From: Eledone cirrhosa
Lineage: Eukaryota
Direction: 5' to 3'
DNA: 64,000 nt
Assembly (NCBI GenBank): GCA_964016885.1
Contig: OZ024747.1
Coordinates: 72,416,001-72,480,000, forward strand
Below, piece by piece: positions 15,180-28,006 of the stretch; position 1 is the first letter of the stretch; each line of letters begins with the position of its first letter. The notes beneath the pieces were generated by a model. It saw only the letters and a list, made by a program, of their open reading frames with translations. It was not told the origin of the DNA and did not search any database. The position numbers were made by a program, and so were the translations under genes.

Positions 15180-15612
15180 AATGAGTGTAATGTAATGTAT
15201 CTGTGTGTGTGTGTGGGGGTATGTGTGATGTGTTGGAAGTGTGTGATGTGACGTTTGTGATATATATGCTTATGTGTGAATTTTTGTGTGTGTGTGTGAA
15301 AGAGAAAGAGATAGAGGGGGGAGAGAATTTGTGTGTGGGATGTGAAATGTGTAATATATATGTGAATGTGTGTTGTGTTGTATGTGTGTGGTGTGTAAGA
15401 GAGGGTCATTAAAACCATGAAACAACCGACAGAAACTTTATCCAGAATATTCGCCACTATAACAACAACAGTTCGCCTCCTACTTTTATAATCTACTCTA
15501 TGGAAGGGAATTCAGGAATTTTAACTATTTTTTCCGAGTTGTTACATCATGACGATCAAGACTATAGCAACGACACCCATATATGTATGCTATAACTTTC
15601 TCTCTCTCCCTC

Positions 15613-15670
<58 letters not shown>

Positions 15671-15783
15671 CTCTCTCTCTATATATATATATATATATAG
15701 AAATATATATATATATATATATTTCTATATATATATATATATATTTCTATATATATATATATATATATTTCTATATATATATA

Positions 15784-15871
<88 letters not shown>

Positions 15872-15877
15872 TATATT

Positions 15878-15956
<79 letters not shown>

Positions 15957-15980
15957 ATTTATATATATATAAATATATAA

Positions 15981-16012
<32 letters not shown>

Positions 16013-16278
16013 ATATATATTTATATAAATGTAAGTATGCATGTATACGTACATACATATATGTATACAGACGTACAGTAGCATGCACATATATATATAT
16101 ATATATATATACATATATACATATGCATACAGGTACACATACATATATGCACGTATCAGTTTAGCGGCGCTTATTATAACGTCGCTTTGTTCGTTTGTAA
16201 ACAAACTGAACAGCCTGAATTTATGCCATACGGTGTTAAGGCAACCACGTCACCTTTTTGTTCAACACTGACACAGGA

Positions 16279-16321
16279 ACGATGTACTAGTTTCTAGCTT
16301 GTTAGCTATCATCAGCACCGT
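16279..16321 (-). ncRNA. Minimal type I hammerhead ribozyme, family A
   Basis: ACGGTG-CTGATGA-TAGCTAACAAGCTA-GAAA-CTAGTA-CATCGT. Confidence 0.85.
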
Positions 16322-16750
16322 TTACCCATCTGCCAGATAGTTGAACGTTCGAAAGTATATACTTTCCTTATGAAAATTAACGGCTGAGCAGCCTAATTTG
16401 CATATTGAGTGAGTTAAATCGGTCAGGCATACCGAAAACGATAAATTGAAACAAAATGAAAACGAAATTTCATTTCTCACTCTTAGTATGGCACTTACTT
16501 AAATGTAAGTATGCATGTATACGTACATACATATATGTATACAGACGTACAGTAGCATGCACACATATATATATATATATATACATATATACATATGCAT
16601 ACAGGTACACATACATATATGCACGTATCAGTTTAGCGGCGCTTATTATAACGTCGCTTTGTTCGTTTGTAAACAAACTGAACAGCCTGAATTTATGCCA
16701 TACGGTGTTAAGGCAACCACGTCACCTTTTTGTTCAACACTGACACAGGA

Positions 16751-16793
16751 ACGATGTACTAGTTTCAAGCTTGTTAGCTATCATCAGCACCGT
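16751..16793 (-). ncRNA. Minimal type I hammerhead ribozyme, family A
   Basis: ACGGTG-CTGATGA-TAGCTAACAAGCTT-GAAA-CTAGTA-CATCGT. Confidence 0.85.
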
Positions 16794-17062
16794 TTACCCA
16801 TCTGCCAGATAGTTGAACGTTCGAATGTATATACTTTCCTTATGAAAATTAACGGCTGAGCAGCCTAATTTGCATATTGAGTGAGTTAAATCGGTCAGGC
16901 ATACCAAAAACGATAAATTGAAACAAAATGAAAACGAAATTTCATTTCTCACTCTTAGTGACCGATTTAACTCACTCAATATGCAAATTAGGCTGCTCAG
17001 CCGTTAATTTTCATAAGGAAAGTATATACTTTCGAACGTTCAACTATCTGGCAGATGGGTAA

Positions 17063-17105
17063 ACGGTGCTGATGATAGCTAACAAGCTTGAAACTAGTAC
17101 ATCGT
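17063..17105 (+). ncRNA. Minimal type I hammerhead ribozyme, family A
   Basis: Same motif, intact core, GUA cleavage triplet. Confidence 0.85.
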
Positions 17106-17526
17106 TCCTGTGTCAGTGTTGAACAAAAAGGTGACGTGGTTGCCTTAACACCGTATGGCATAAATTCAGGCTGTTCAGTTTGTTTACAAACGAACAAAGC
17201 GATGTTATAATAAGCGCCGCTAAACTGATACATGCATATATGTATGTGTACCTGTATGCATAAGTATATATGTATATATATATATGTGCATGCTACTGTA
17301 CGTCTGTATACATATATGTATGTACGTATACATGCATACTTACATTTAAGTAAGTGCCATACTAAGAGTGAGAAATGAAATTTAGTTTTCATTTTGTTTC
17401 AATTTATCGTTTTCGGTATGCCTGACCGATTTAACTCACTCAATATGCAAATTAGGCTGCTCAGCCGTTAATTTTCATAAGGAAAGTATATACTTTCGAA
17501 CGTTCAACTATCTGGCAGATGGGTAA

Positions 17527-17569
17527 ACGGTGCTGATGATAGCTAACAAGCTTGAAACTAGTACATCGT
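17527..17569 (+). ncRNA. Minimal type I hammerhead ribozyme, family A
   Basis: Same motif, intact core. Confidence 0.85.
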
Positions 17570-17878
17570 TCCTGTGTCAGTGTTGAACAAAAAGGTGACG
17601 TGGTTGCCTTAACACCGTATGGCATAAATTCAGGCTGTTCAGTTTGTTTACAAACGAACAAAGCGACGTTATAATAAGCGCCGCTAAACTGATACGTGCA
17701 TATATGTATGTGTACCTGTATGCATATGTATATATGTATATATATATATATATGTGCATGCTACTGTACGTCTGTATACATATATGTATGTACGTATACA
17801 TGCATACTTACATTTAAGTAAGTGCCATACTAAGAGTGAGAAATGAAATTTCGTTTTCATTTTGTTTCAATTTATATT

Positions 17879-17909
<31 letters not shown>

Positions 17910-18070
17910 ATTTATATATATATATATTTATATATATATGAAAAGTTATATTTAAAATTGTTGGGTTACAACTAGTAAATATTTATAACTGGTATAAAAG
18001 CACTCGACAAATATTTGGAGTATATTTACAATATTAAATAAATGGAAAACTATATTTATAAAACCATATT

Positions 18071-18136
18071 TATTTCATTATATATATTTCGGGGATATCA
18101 TATTAACAATATGCTATGCCTTCATCAGACAAAATA
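18071..18136 (-). ncRNA. Hammerhead ribozyme, family B
   Basis: TATTTTGT-CTGATGA-stem II-GAAA-TATATATA-ATGAAATA (8-bp stem I including two G.U pairs). Confidence 0.82.
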
Positions 18137-18259
18137 CAATATAAACAGTTTTATAGACAAATGGGTTCGACATACCGTTATAAGATCGACTTCATTTGAA
18201 GTGAAGTCGATCTTATAACGGTATGTCGAACCTATTTGTCTATAAAACTGTTTATATTG

Positions 18260-18325
18260 TATTTTGTCTGATGAAGGCATAGCATATTATTAATATGATA
18301 TCCCCGAAATATATATAATGAAATA
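18260..18325 (+). ncRNA. Hammerhead ribozyme, family B
   Basis: As above, plus strand. Confidence 0.82.
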
Positions 18326-18421
18326 AATATGGTTTTATAAATATAGTTTTCCATTTATTTAATATTGTATTTATATATATATATATTTATATATATATAT
18401 TTATATATATATATTTATATT

Positions 18422-18530
<109 letters not shown>

Positions 18531-18555
18531 ATATTTATATATATATATGTATATA

Positions 18556-18603
<48 letters not shown>

Positions 18604-19434
18604 ATATATATATATTTGTATATTTATATATATATATATATATATTTATATATTGGAAAATGTGTGTAATCCTTGGTACAGTTAGGTATATTAAGACAGG
18701 GGAAGAAAAAATGGCTTCACTTGTGCTTTCAACAAATTTATTTTCTTCACAAAATCCAAAAAGAATTTTTCTTAAAAAAAATTATTTTATAAATTAAGTT
18801 GTTGGTTGTTGGTTAGGTCTTAGGAGTTCTTGGTTAACGTAGGAGGTATTGTTGCGTTTTTAGAAAGACCTTTCACGCTGAGGTGCGCTTGTCAAACTGA
18901 TGTGTATGTGGTGTGTTGTTCTATATATAGGGATTTAACATGTCTGTGGTGTGGTGGGGGTTTCTTTTCTCCCCCTTTAATAAGTGCATGGGTGTAGGTG
19001 TGTTGAAAAAGTGTTCATAGCAGTAATGAGTTGAGACGGTGAGTAGGGTTGGGTGGGGAGAAATGTAGCAAGTGCGGCCTGCCCCGGTCATTCTCGAAAA
19101 ATTCCTTTATTCAGGGGAAAAAGCTTTTAGCATTGCTTTTGTGTTGAGAATGGTCACAGGCAAATCGCACCTGTCAAGTTTGTGAATAATTATTTTTTTC
19201 TTTTTTTCCTGAAGAATTTTTCTACGTCCATCCCAAAGTTAGTCCTTTGTTCAACACACACATATGTGTGCATATACGTACATACACACACGGGCATATG
19301 TAGGAATATATAGGCACACACCATCAATCACACACCCATGCACAAATACATACACAAAAACATATAGAGACACATATAAAAACACACATACACATACGTA
19401 CACACACGAATATGTACTTATACCTCCACATGGG

Positions 19435-19466
<32 letters not shown>

Positions 19467-19475
19467 TATACACAT

Positions 19476-19528
<53 letters not shown>

Positions 19529-19549
19529 CATATACACATACACACACAT

Positions 19550-19650
<101 letters not shown>

Positions 19651-19714
19651 TACATACATATACATACATACATATACACACATATATATATATATTTAAA
19701 TATATATATATATT

Positions 19715-19787
<73 letters not shown>

Positions 19788-19788
19788 T

Positions 19789-19981
<193 letters not shown>

Positions 19982-19992
19982 ATGTATATATT

Positions 19993-20023
<31 letters not shown>

Positions 20024-20026
20024 ATT

Positions 20027-20153
<127 letters not shown>

Positions 20154-20160
20154 TTATATA

Positions 20161-20227
<67 letters not shown>

Positions 20228-20304
20228 TTATATATATTTATATATATATATATATTTATATACAATATTAAATAAATGGAAAACTATATTTATAAAACCA
20301 TATT

Positions 20305-20370
20305 TATTTCATTATATATATTTCGGGGATATCATATTAACAATATGTTATGCCTTCATCAGACAAAATA
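20305..20370 (-). ncRNA. Hammerhead ribozyme, family B
   Basis: Intact CTGATGA/GAAA core and stem I. Confidence 0.82.
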
Positions 20371-20532
20371 CAATATAAACAGTTTTATAGATAAATATAT
20401 TCGACATACCGTAATAAACATCAACTTCATTTGAAGAGGTTTACTCTAGACTGCTAGAGTAAACCTCTTCAAATGAAGTTGATGTTTATTACGGTATGTC
20501 GAATATATTTATCTATAAAACTGTTTATATTG

Positions 20533-20598
20533 TATTTTGTCTGATGAAGGCATAGCATATTGTTAATATGATATCCCCGAAATATATATAATGAAATA
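20533..20598 (+). ncRNA. Hammerhead ribozyme, family B
   Basis: Intact CTGATGA/GAAA core and stem I. Confidence 0.82.
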
Positions 20599-20756
20599 AA
20601 TATGGTTTTATAAATATAGTTTTCCATTTATTTAATATTGTAAATATACTCCAAATATTTGTCGAGTGCTTTTATATCAGTTATAAATATTTACTAGTTG
20701 TAACCCAACAATTTTAAATATAACTTTACATGTATATTTATATTTATATATATATT

Positions 20757-20849
<93 letters not shown>

Positions 20850-20872
20850 ATATTTATATATATATTTATATA

Positions 20873-20909
<37 letters not shown>

Positions 20910-20969
20910 TTATATATATATATATAATATATTACTTTATTGTACTACAATAAAACTCACCTCCTACAT

Positions 20970-21006
<37 letters not shown>

Positions 21007-21167
21007 AGAAGAGATATTTAATTTGTTGGAAATCCAACAAATATAGATGTTTATAACTGATTCAGAGCACTCGACAAATTTCTGAGTAAGTATTCAATGA
21101 TCAGGGATAACTTGAACCGTTAAGGTATATTATCCTTGGTCATGTCAAATATTTATAAAACATTTTG

Positions 21168-21229
21168 TATTTTATCTGATGATAGCGACCCAAAATGTTT
21201 GGTACCCTTGAAATATATATAATAGAATA
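21168..21229 (+). ncRNA. Hammerhead ribozyme, family B variant
   Basis: TATTTTAT-CTGATGA-...CCAAA/TTTGG...-GAAA-TATATATA-ATAGAATA; stem II base degenerate. Confidence 0.7.
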
Positions 21230-21313
21230 AATATGGTTTTATAACTATAGTTTCCATTTATTTAATATCATTGTATATATATATATAATATATATAAATA
21301 CAGTATATATACA

Positions 21314-21388
<75 letters not shown>

Positions 21389-21412
21389 AGAATTATTAAG
21401 GTATGTGCATAT

Positions 21413-21490
<78 letters not shown>

Positions 21491-21646
21491 ATATACACAT
21501 ACCTTAATAATTCTAACACACTAGCAGTGAACCGCTTCTAAATACACATAGTCCCTTTTCAGTTTCATATATATATAGTCAATAAATGAAACATAACCAA
21601 ACAACACAGTTATATTATGTTCCCGCTTGGAGGAAGTGGGGGAGGG

Positions 21647-21680
21647 TTCAACGTTTCGGACAGAAGTCCTTCACCAGGAA
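21647..21680 (-). ncRNA. Hammerhead ribozyme remnant (A6G core change)
   Basis: TTC-CTGGTGA-A-GGAC-TTCT-GTCC-GAAA-CGTT-GAA. Confidence 0.6.
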
Positions 21681-21966
21681 AACCAGGAAAGTTCGTATAA
21701 GGTAGAAAGTTCGCATAGGTAGATGTATGAGTAGTGTGTGGAGGTTAGGAAAAGGGGGTTGGGAGGGGAAAGATAGGTAGGAGTGGGAGGCGAAATGTTC
21801 TACATATGCTCATACCTCTACCCCTTCTCCCCTTATGTCAACTGTCCCGGGAGGGACTTCTAGCAGTTGTTTTACACGAATCAACCTCCAAAGTCTCCTC
21901 CCTATTGAGGAACTTTCTTTCTTTTAATTTTATTATCTTTTTTTTTAACATTGTTAAACTTTGTTT

Positions 21967-22510
21967 ACACACAAAACCCACACATACACACACATACACA
22001 CAACCCCACACGCACACACACACATACACACAACCCCACACGCACACATACACACAACCCCCACACACACATACACACAACCCCACACGCACACACACAC
22101 ATACACACAACCCCACACACATACACACACACAACCCCCACACACACATACACACAACCCCACACGCACACACACACATACACACAACCCCACACGCACA
22201 CACACACATACACACAACCCCACACACAAACATACACACAACCCCACACACACATACACACACACACACACACAACCACACACACATACACACACACATA
22301 CCCCCCCCCCCCCCCCCCCACACGCACACACACATATACAACCCCACACACACATACACACAACCCCCCACACACACATACACAGCCCCCACACACCCAT
22401 ACACCCCCATACACACATACACCCCCACACACATACATATCCCCCCACACACATACACACAACCCTCTCCCCACACACACATACACACAACCCCACACAC
22501 AACCCCCCCA
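21967..22510. repeat. CA-rich minisatellite (~22-28 bp, CATACACACAACCCCACAC)
   Basis: Direct inspection. Confidence 0.9.
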
Positions 22511-22584
22511 CTCTATGTTTTCGTCCTATACTGTCATAATGTTTTTCTTGATGTGAACACTTTGTGGTTAATAAAGAAATCACT

Positions 22585-24197
22585 GTATAAGGGTCACTAT
22601 CTGCCCTGCTGTGTAAGGGTCACTATCTGCCCTGCTGTGTAAGGGTCACTATCTGCCCTGCTGTGCGTGGGTCACTATCTGCCCTGCCGTACGTGGGTTA
22701 CTGTCCGCCATGCTGTACGTGGGTCACTATCTGCCCTGCTTTGCGTGGGTCACTATCTGCCCTGCTGTGCGTGGGTCACTGTCCGCCCTGCTGTGTAAGG
22801 GCCACTATCTGCCCTGCTGTACGTGGATCACTGTCCGCCCTGCTGAGTAAGGGCCACTATCTGCCCTGCTGTACGTGGGTCACTGTCCGCCCTGCTGTAC
22901 GTGGGTCACTCTCCGCCCTGCTGTGTAAGGGCCACTATCTGCCCTGCTGTACGTGGATCACTGTCCGCCCTGCTGAGTAAGGGCCACTATCTGCCCTGCT
23001 GTACGTGGGTCACTGTCCGCCATGCTGTACGTGGGTCACTGTCCGCCCTGCTGTGCGTGGGTCACTCTCCGCCCTGCTGTACGTGGGTCACTGTGCGCTA
23101 TGCTGTACGTGGGTCACTGTCCGCCCTGCTGTGCGTAGGTCACTCTCCGCCCTGCTGTACGTGGGTTACTGTCCGCCATGCTGTACGTGGGACACTCTCC
23201 GCCCTGCTGTACGTGAGTCACTGTCCGCCATGCTGTACGTGGGTCACTGTCCGCCCTGCTGTACGTGGGTTACTGTCCGCCCTGCTGTACGTGGGTTACT
23301 GTCCGCCCTGCTGTGCGTGGGTCACTCTCCGCCATGCTGTACGTGGGTCACTCTTCGCTCTGCTGTACGTGAGTCACTGTCCGCCATGCTGTACGTGAGT
23401 CACTGTCCGCCATGCTGTACGTGGGTCACTGTCCGCCATGCTGTACGTGGGTCACTGTCCGCCCTGCTGTACGTGGGTTACTGTCCGCCCTGCTGTACGT
23501 GGGTTAATGTCCGCCCTGCTGTACGTGGGTTACTGTCCGCCCTGCTGTGCGTGGGTCACTCTCCGCCATTCTGTACGTGGGTCACTCTCCGCCCTGCTGT
23601 ACGTGAGTCACTGTCCGCCATGCTGTACGTGAGTCACTGTCTGCCATGCTGTACGTGGGTCACTGTCCGCCATGCTGTACGTGGGTCACTGTCCGCCCTG
23701 CTGTACGTGGGTTACTGTCCGCCCTGCTGTACGTGGGTTACTGCCGCCCTGCTGTGCGTGGGTCACTCTCCGCCCTGCTGTACGTGGGTCACTGTCCGCC
23801 ATGCTGTACGTGGGTCACTGTCCGCCCTGCTGTACGTGGGTTACTGTCCGCCCTGCTGTACGTGGGTTACTGTCCGCCCTGCTGTGCGTGGGTCACTCTC
23901 CGCCCTGCTGTACGTGGGTCACTGTCCGCCATGCTGTACGTGGGTCACTGTCCGCCCTGCTGTACGTGGGTCACTGTCCGCCCTGCTGTGCGTGGGTCAC
24001 TCTCCGCCATGCTGTACGTGGGTCACTCTCCGCCCTGCTGTACGTGGGTTACTGTCCGCCCTGCTGTGCGTGGGTCACTGTCCGCCCTGCTGTACGTGGG
24101 TCACTGTCCGCCATGCTGTACGTGGGTCACTGTCCGCCCTGCTGTACGTGGGTCACTGTCCGCCCTGCTGTGCGTGGGTCACTGTCCGCCATGCTGT
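22585..24197. repeat. 26-bp GC-rich minisatellite (GGGTCACTGTCCGCCCTGCTGTACGT), about 60 copies
   Basis: Direct head-to-tail repeats without spacers. Confidence 0.95.
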
Positions 24198-24334
24198 ATT
24201 CATGAGATACTACACAAAGAGATGCCATTAGTGATAAACACCAAACAGTAACAATATATTCTTTAAAATAAACAACACAATACTAATGATCAGATCAATT
24301 GATAAGAAACAAGATATCGAAAACAAACCAATAA

Positions 24335-24440
<106 letters not shown>

Positions 24441-24486
24441 TATATATACATATTTTTAAAAACAATCTCTATATACATATATATAG

Positions 24487-24535
<49 letters not shown>

Positions 24536-24775
24536 TAGATATATATATAGATAGATATATTTCTTTATTTACCATAAAGGCATAAAAAGAAGTGACAAAT
24601 ACAAAGGGGGGTTTACATACAATCGAGTAAAAAGGGTATAAAATGAAAATAATCGAAAACAACCTCAAAAGGGAGGGGACGTGATGGGGGTTGCACACAA
24701 CCCCGAAAAAGTGTGCAATCCTTTGCCCGGGGAGCACATGGAGAAGGTGCTCCCCTCTTCTTCACTTCTTTACCT

Positions 24776-27700
24776 ACAGGATGGTATACAGAGAAGGCCC
24801 ATTTACACGAGCCATTCGCGCCACTATCACCTACCTTTCATAAAACTGGCTGTGGCCAAGCACCTCTCTCTCCATTCTTATCCTTCTTCCGAAGTGATAT
24901 CGGAAGAAGTAGACCAGACTATAGCCAGAGAGGAAGTTGTCTGACCTCAGACCTTTCAATCGTGTCCACCAAACAACCTCTTTCAACATGGCTATTACGC
25001 ACAGAAAAACCGCCTTTGCTTCCTTTGTGAAGAGGGGAGGCGGTTTGATTGTCATCACGGACTCGGCGGTCAATCGAATCGGCACCACCCGCGACAGCAG
25101 TCGTTCGGCGTAGCCCCACAGATCAGCCACGCCCGGACATTGCACCAATGCGTGCGCAACGGTTTCTTCGTGACGCACGCATCTAGGGCAAATCTTTTTC
25201 GAGGGATCCCTGCCCGGGCGCCCGTGTCTGTAGAGCCTCTCTCGAACGGGTAGAGCCCCCCGGTAGCACTGCCAGGCTAGTGACTTCTAGAAGTTGTCCA
25301 TTGGTCCCGGGCCGAAAGTCCTACCGAAGAGGCTGGCCAGTTCGTCCTTTTCCATGTCTAGCGACTCTCCAAGGGTGTCATCGCCCCTGCTAGCCACCAG
25401 CCCTCTATAGAATGATGAGGTGGATTCTCCACCGATGGCCTGGCCCGCTTGCCAGAGAGCCCTGAGCGCCTGAGCACACTCAGTGTGCCAGTCTCCCAGT
25501 TTTCCGGATCTTTGCTTGACCCAGGACTGTAGCTCGGTGAGCGAGACGAGTCTCGGAAAGGCTCGTTTCACAAACGGAGCCCACACCGGTTGACCAGTGA
25601 GGAATACCTGTAGGTGCCGTAGCCTTAATGCGTGCCTACGCATCATCAACCACGGCATCCCCAGCCCTCCTTTCGAAGGTTGTTGGCAGCAGATGGATCT
25701 TCTCACCATAGGAGGGCGCTTCTTCCAAAGAAATTGGAAGAGCATGCGTTCCATGGTGGTGAGTGTTTCCTTAGGGCAAGGCATGACAGTCAGGCGGTAG
25801 TAAGTGACGGACGCTATGTAAATGTTCGCCACCTCCGCCCGGCCTTTTAGGGACAGCTTACACTTGGCCCATTTCTGGGTTAGTGAAAACACCTTGTTCG
25901 TAACCTCGTCCCAGTTCTTTTTCACCTGGAGGTCCGGTCCAAACCAGACCCCAAGCAACTTTACCGGGCCCTCCGTCCAGTGTCCGACGACACCGTCGGG
26001 AAGCATCGGTCTGCCTCTCCACGTTCCGAGTTGCAGCCCGATGGATTTTTCCCTGTTCAGTTTCGCTCCTGACAACCTTTCGTAATCCTCCAGTAAGGTA
26101 CCGATCGCCTCGATCTCCGAGTCGGTCGATACCATTACTGTTACGTCATCGGCGTAGGCCGACACCGCTTTGCTCAATCCTGGTTCCAGGGGGATACCCT
26201 GCAACAACTCCAACTTCCTCAGTAAAGGCTCGAGAGTCAATACGTACAGAAGGGAGGAGAGAGGGCACCCCTGTCGAATGGATCGTGTGATTTCGAACGG
26301 CTTCGAAAGGTAGCCGTTTACCTTGATCCTAGAACAGATGTGGTTGCTATGTAAGGCAGTGATCCAGCCTCTGAAAACAGGACCGAACCCAGCCGCCGCT
26401 AGCACCGCATTCAGGTAACCATGGTCGACCCTATCGAAGGCCTTAGACTGATCCAAGTTGATCAGGGCCCCACCGAAGCCGGGTTTTTTGCCAACCCTCT
26501 CTATGATGTATCGCATGAGGTGGAGATTATCGTGAATGGACCTGGATGGGATAGCACATGTCTGCGCATCTCCCACCAGGCTACCCACGACAAGCGCCAA
26601 CCTCTTTGCTAATACCTTGGCCAAAATCTTTAACTCTGTGTTTAGCAGGGTTATGGGCCGAAAATTATTTATACTATCCCCCTTGTTCTCGTCCTTCCTC
26701 ACCAGCGAGACTACGCCCTTGGCTACAGAACAAGGAATTCTCCCGTTCTGCTGCCAATTGCAGTAGACCGCTTCGAAGAGTTCGGAGAAGAAGACCGGCA
26801 TTGCTAAATAAAGTTCGTAAGGTATACCATCGAGACCTGGAGATTTGCGTCGGCTGCATTGGCTCAGCGCATCCCCGATCTCATCAGCCGAGATTGGTCC
26901 CTCGCAGGACTCTGCCTCTTCGCTCGAGAGACGCGGCAGGCCGTCGAGGTATGGACCGAAATCCACGTCCCCGCCCGGACCCTCGCCTCCCCCGAATAAT
27001 CGGGCAAAGTGCCTTTGAAAGGCCTCGCACATCTGCTTAGGCTCCCGGATCACCCGTCCATCCTCGTCTTGCAACGACCGGATGGTGGATCGATTTCCAC
27101 TTTTAGCTTCTGTCACGCGGGCCCAGCCAACGGCTTTGGCCCCCTCATTACCTAGAGCACGTATTTTACTTCGAATGACGCAGCCTTCGTGCTTTGCATC
27201 GAAAAACTGGTTCAAGGCCGTCCTCGATGCCAGCACTCTGGCCACATCTTCGCTCTTGATTGCCTCTTCTAATTTACCTGTTAATTCTTTCTCGTTTCTA
27301 TTCCTATCGGCAGCTAACAACTTGCTATAACTTATTGATTCTGTTCTAATCTCTCTTTTGAGAGATGCCCACCATCGTTTGTTGACGATTGCACCCGTCA
27401 ACCTCTCCTTAACTAATCTGCTAATCCGTTTTCTGTAATTCTCTTTTGCCGGTAAAGACAAATTAAGTTTCCAGTAACCGGGACCCTGTTTATGTGTTTT
27501 CTCGAGATTGACTACGCAGGTCACTAATTTGTGATCCGTGTAGCCAGGAAGCAGGGAAGCAGGGAAGCAGGGAACGCGACGTTCCCAGAAAAGTCTCCAA
27601 ACGCTGGAAGAAGTCGTGCCGTTCAGCTCCGAAAGGGGAGTAGACGGCGACCAGTCTCAAGGCCGCACCTTCACTACTGCCAACGTCTAGCACCAACAAA

Positions 27701-27973
27701 CGACCCTCCGGGTCCGAGTGAACAACCGGTACGGCGAGACCCAGGTGTTTTTCCAGCAGTACGACAACCCCACCCCCACCTCCAGGTTGACAGAGAGATG
27801 CATGCACCTCAAAGTCATCGAAGGTAGGGGCCAGCTGCCACACGACGCTGATCCGAGTCTCAGATAACCATTACATTTATACCACGCGACCTGAGGTCAT
27901 TTAGAAGTTTTGCTTGCTTCCAAGTTGAGCCCAGGCCACGTGCATTCAAACATCCTACTCTTAACACATCCAT
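24776..27973 (-). pseudogene. LINE ORF2 (APE endonuclease, reverse transcriptase), frameshifted
   Basis: MDVLRVGCLNARGL start; GPGYWKLN, KSPGLDG, FRPITLLN, LDQSKAFDRVDH, IRQGCPLS, AYADDV, ETVAHALVQC; spread over ORFs 27490-27843, 25287-27524, 24831-25178. Confidence 0.9.
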
Positions 27974-28006
27974 GTGGGCGGCAGAGCCAAAGGAGAGTGT
28001 AGAGAC

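Larger units (their letters stand above)
16026..17873. mobile_element. Family A element: two tandem ~470-bp units on minus, then two on plus (1.85-kb palindrome)
   Basis: Periods 472 and 464 bp; inversion junction ~16959; (TA)n flanks; one HHR per unit. Confidence 0.9.
17940..18369. mobile_element. Family B palindromic pLTR-like element
   Basis: Inverted arms 18027-18369 centred ~18198; (TA)n flanks. Confidence 0.85.
20261..20729. mobile_element. Family B palindromic pLTR-like element
   Basis: Centre TTTACTCTAG-ACTG-CTAGAGTAAA ~20451; (TA)n flanks. Confidence 0.85.

Noticed and set aside
22663-24251. Cys-rich repetitive ORFs; CRISPR-like appearance
   Set aside because: 26-bp head-to-tail minisatellite with no unique spacers and no cas genes; the unit is not a multiple of 3
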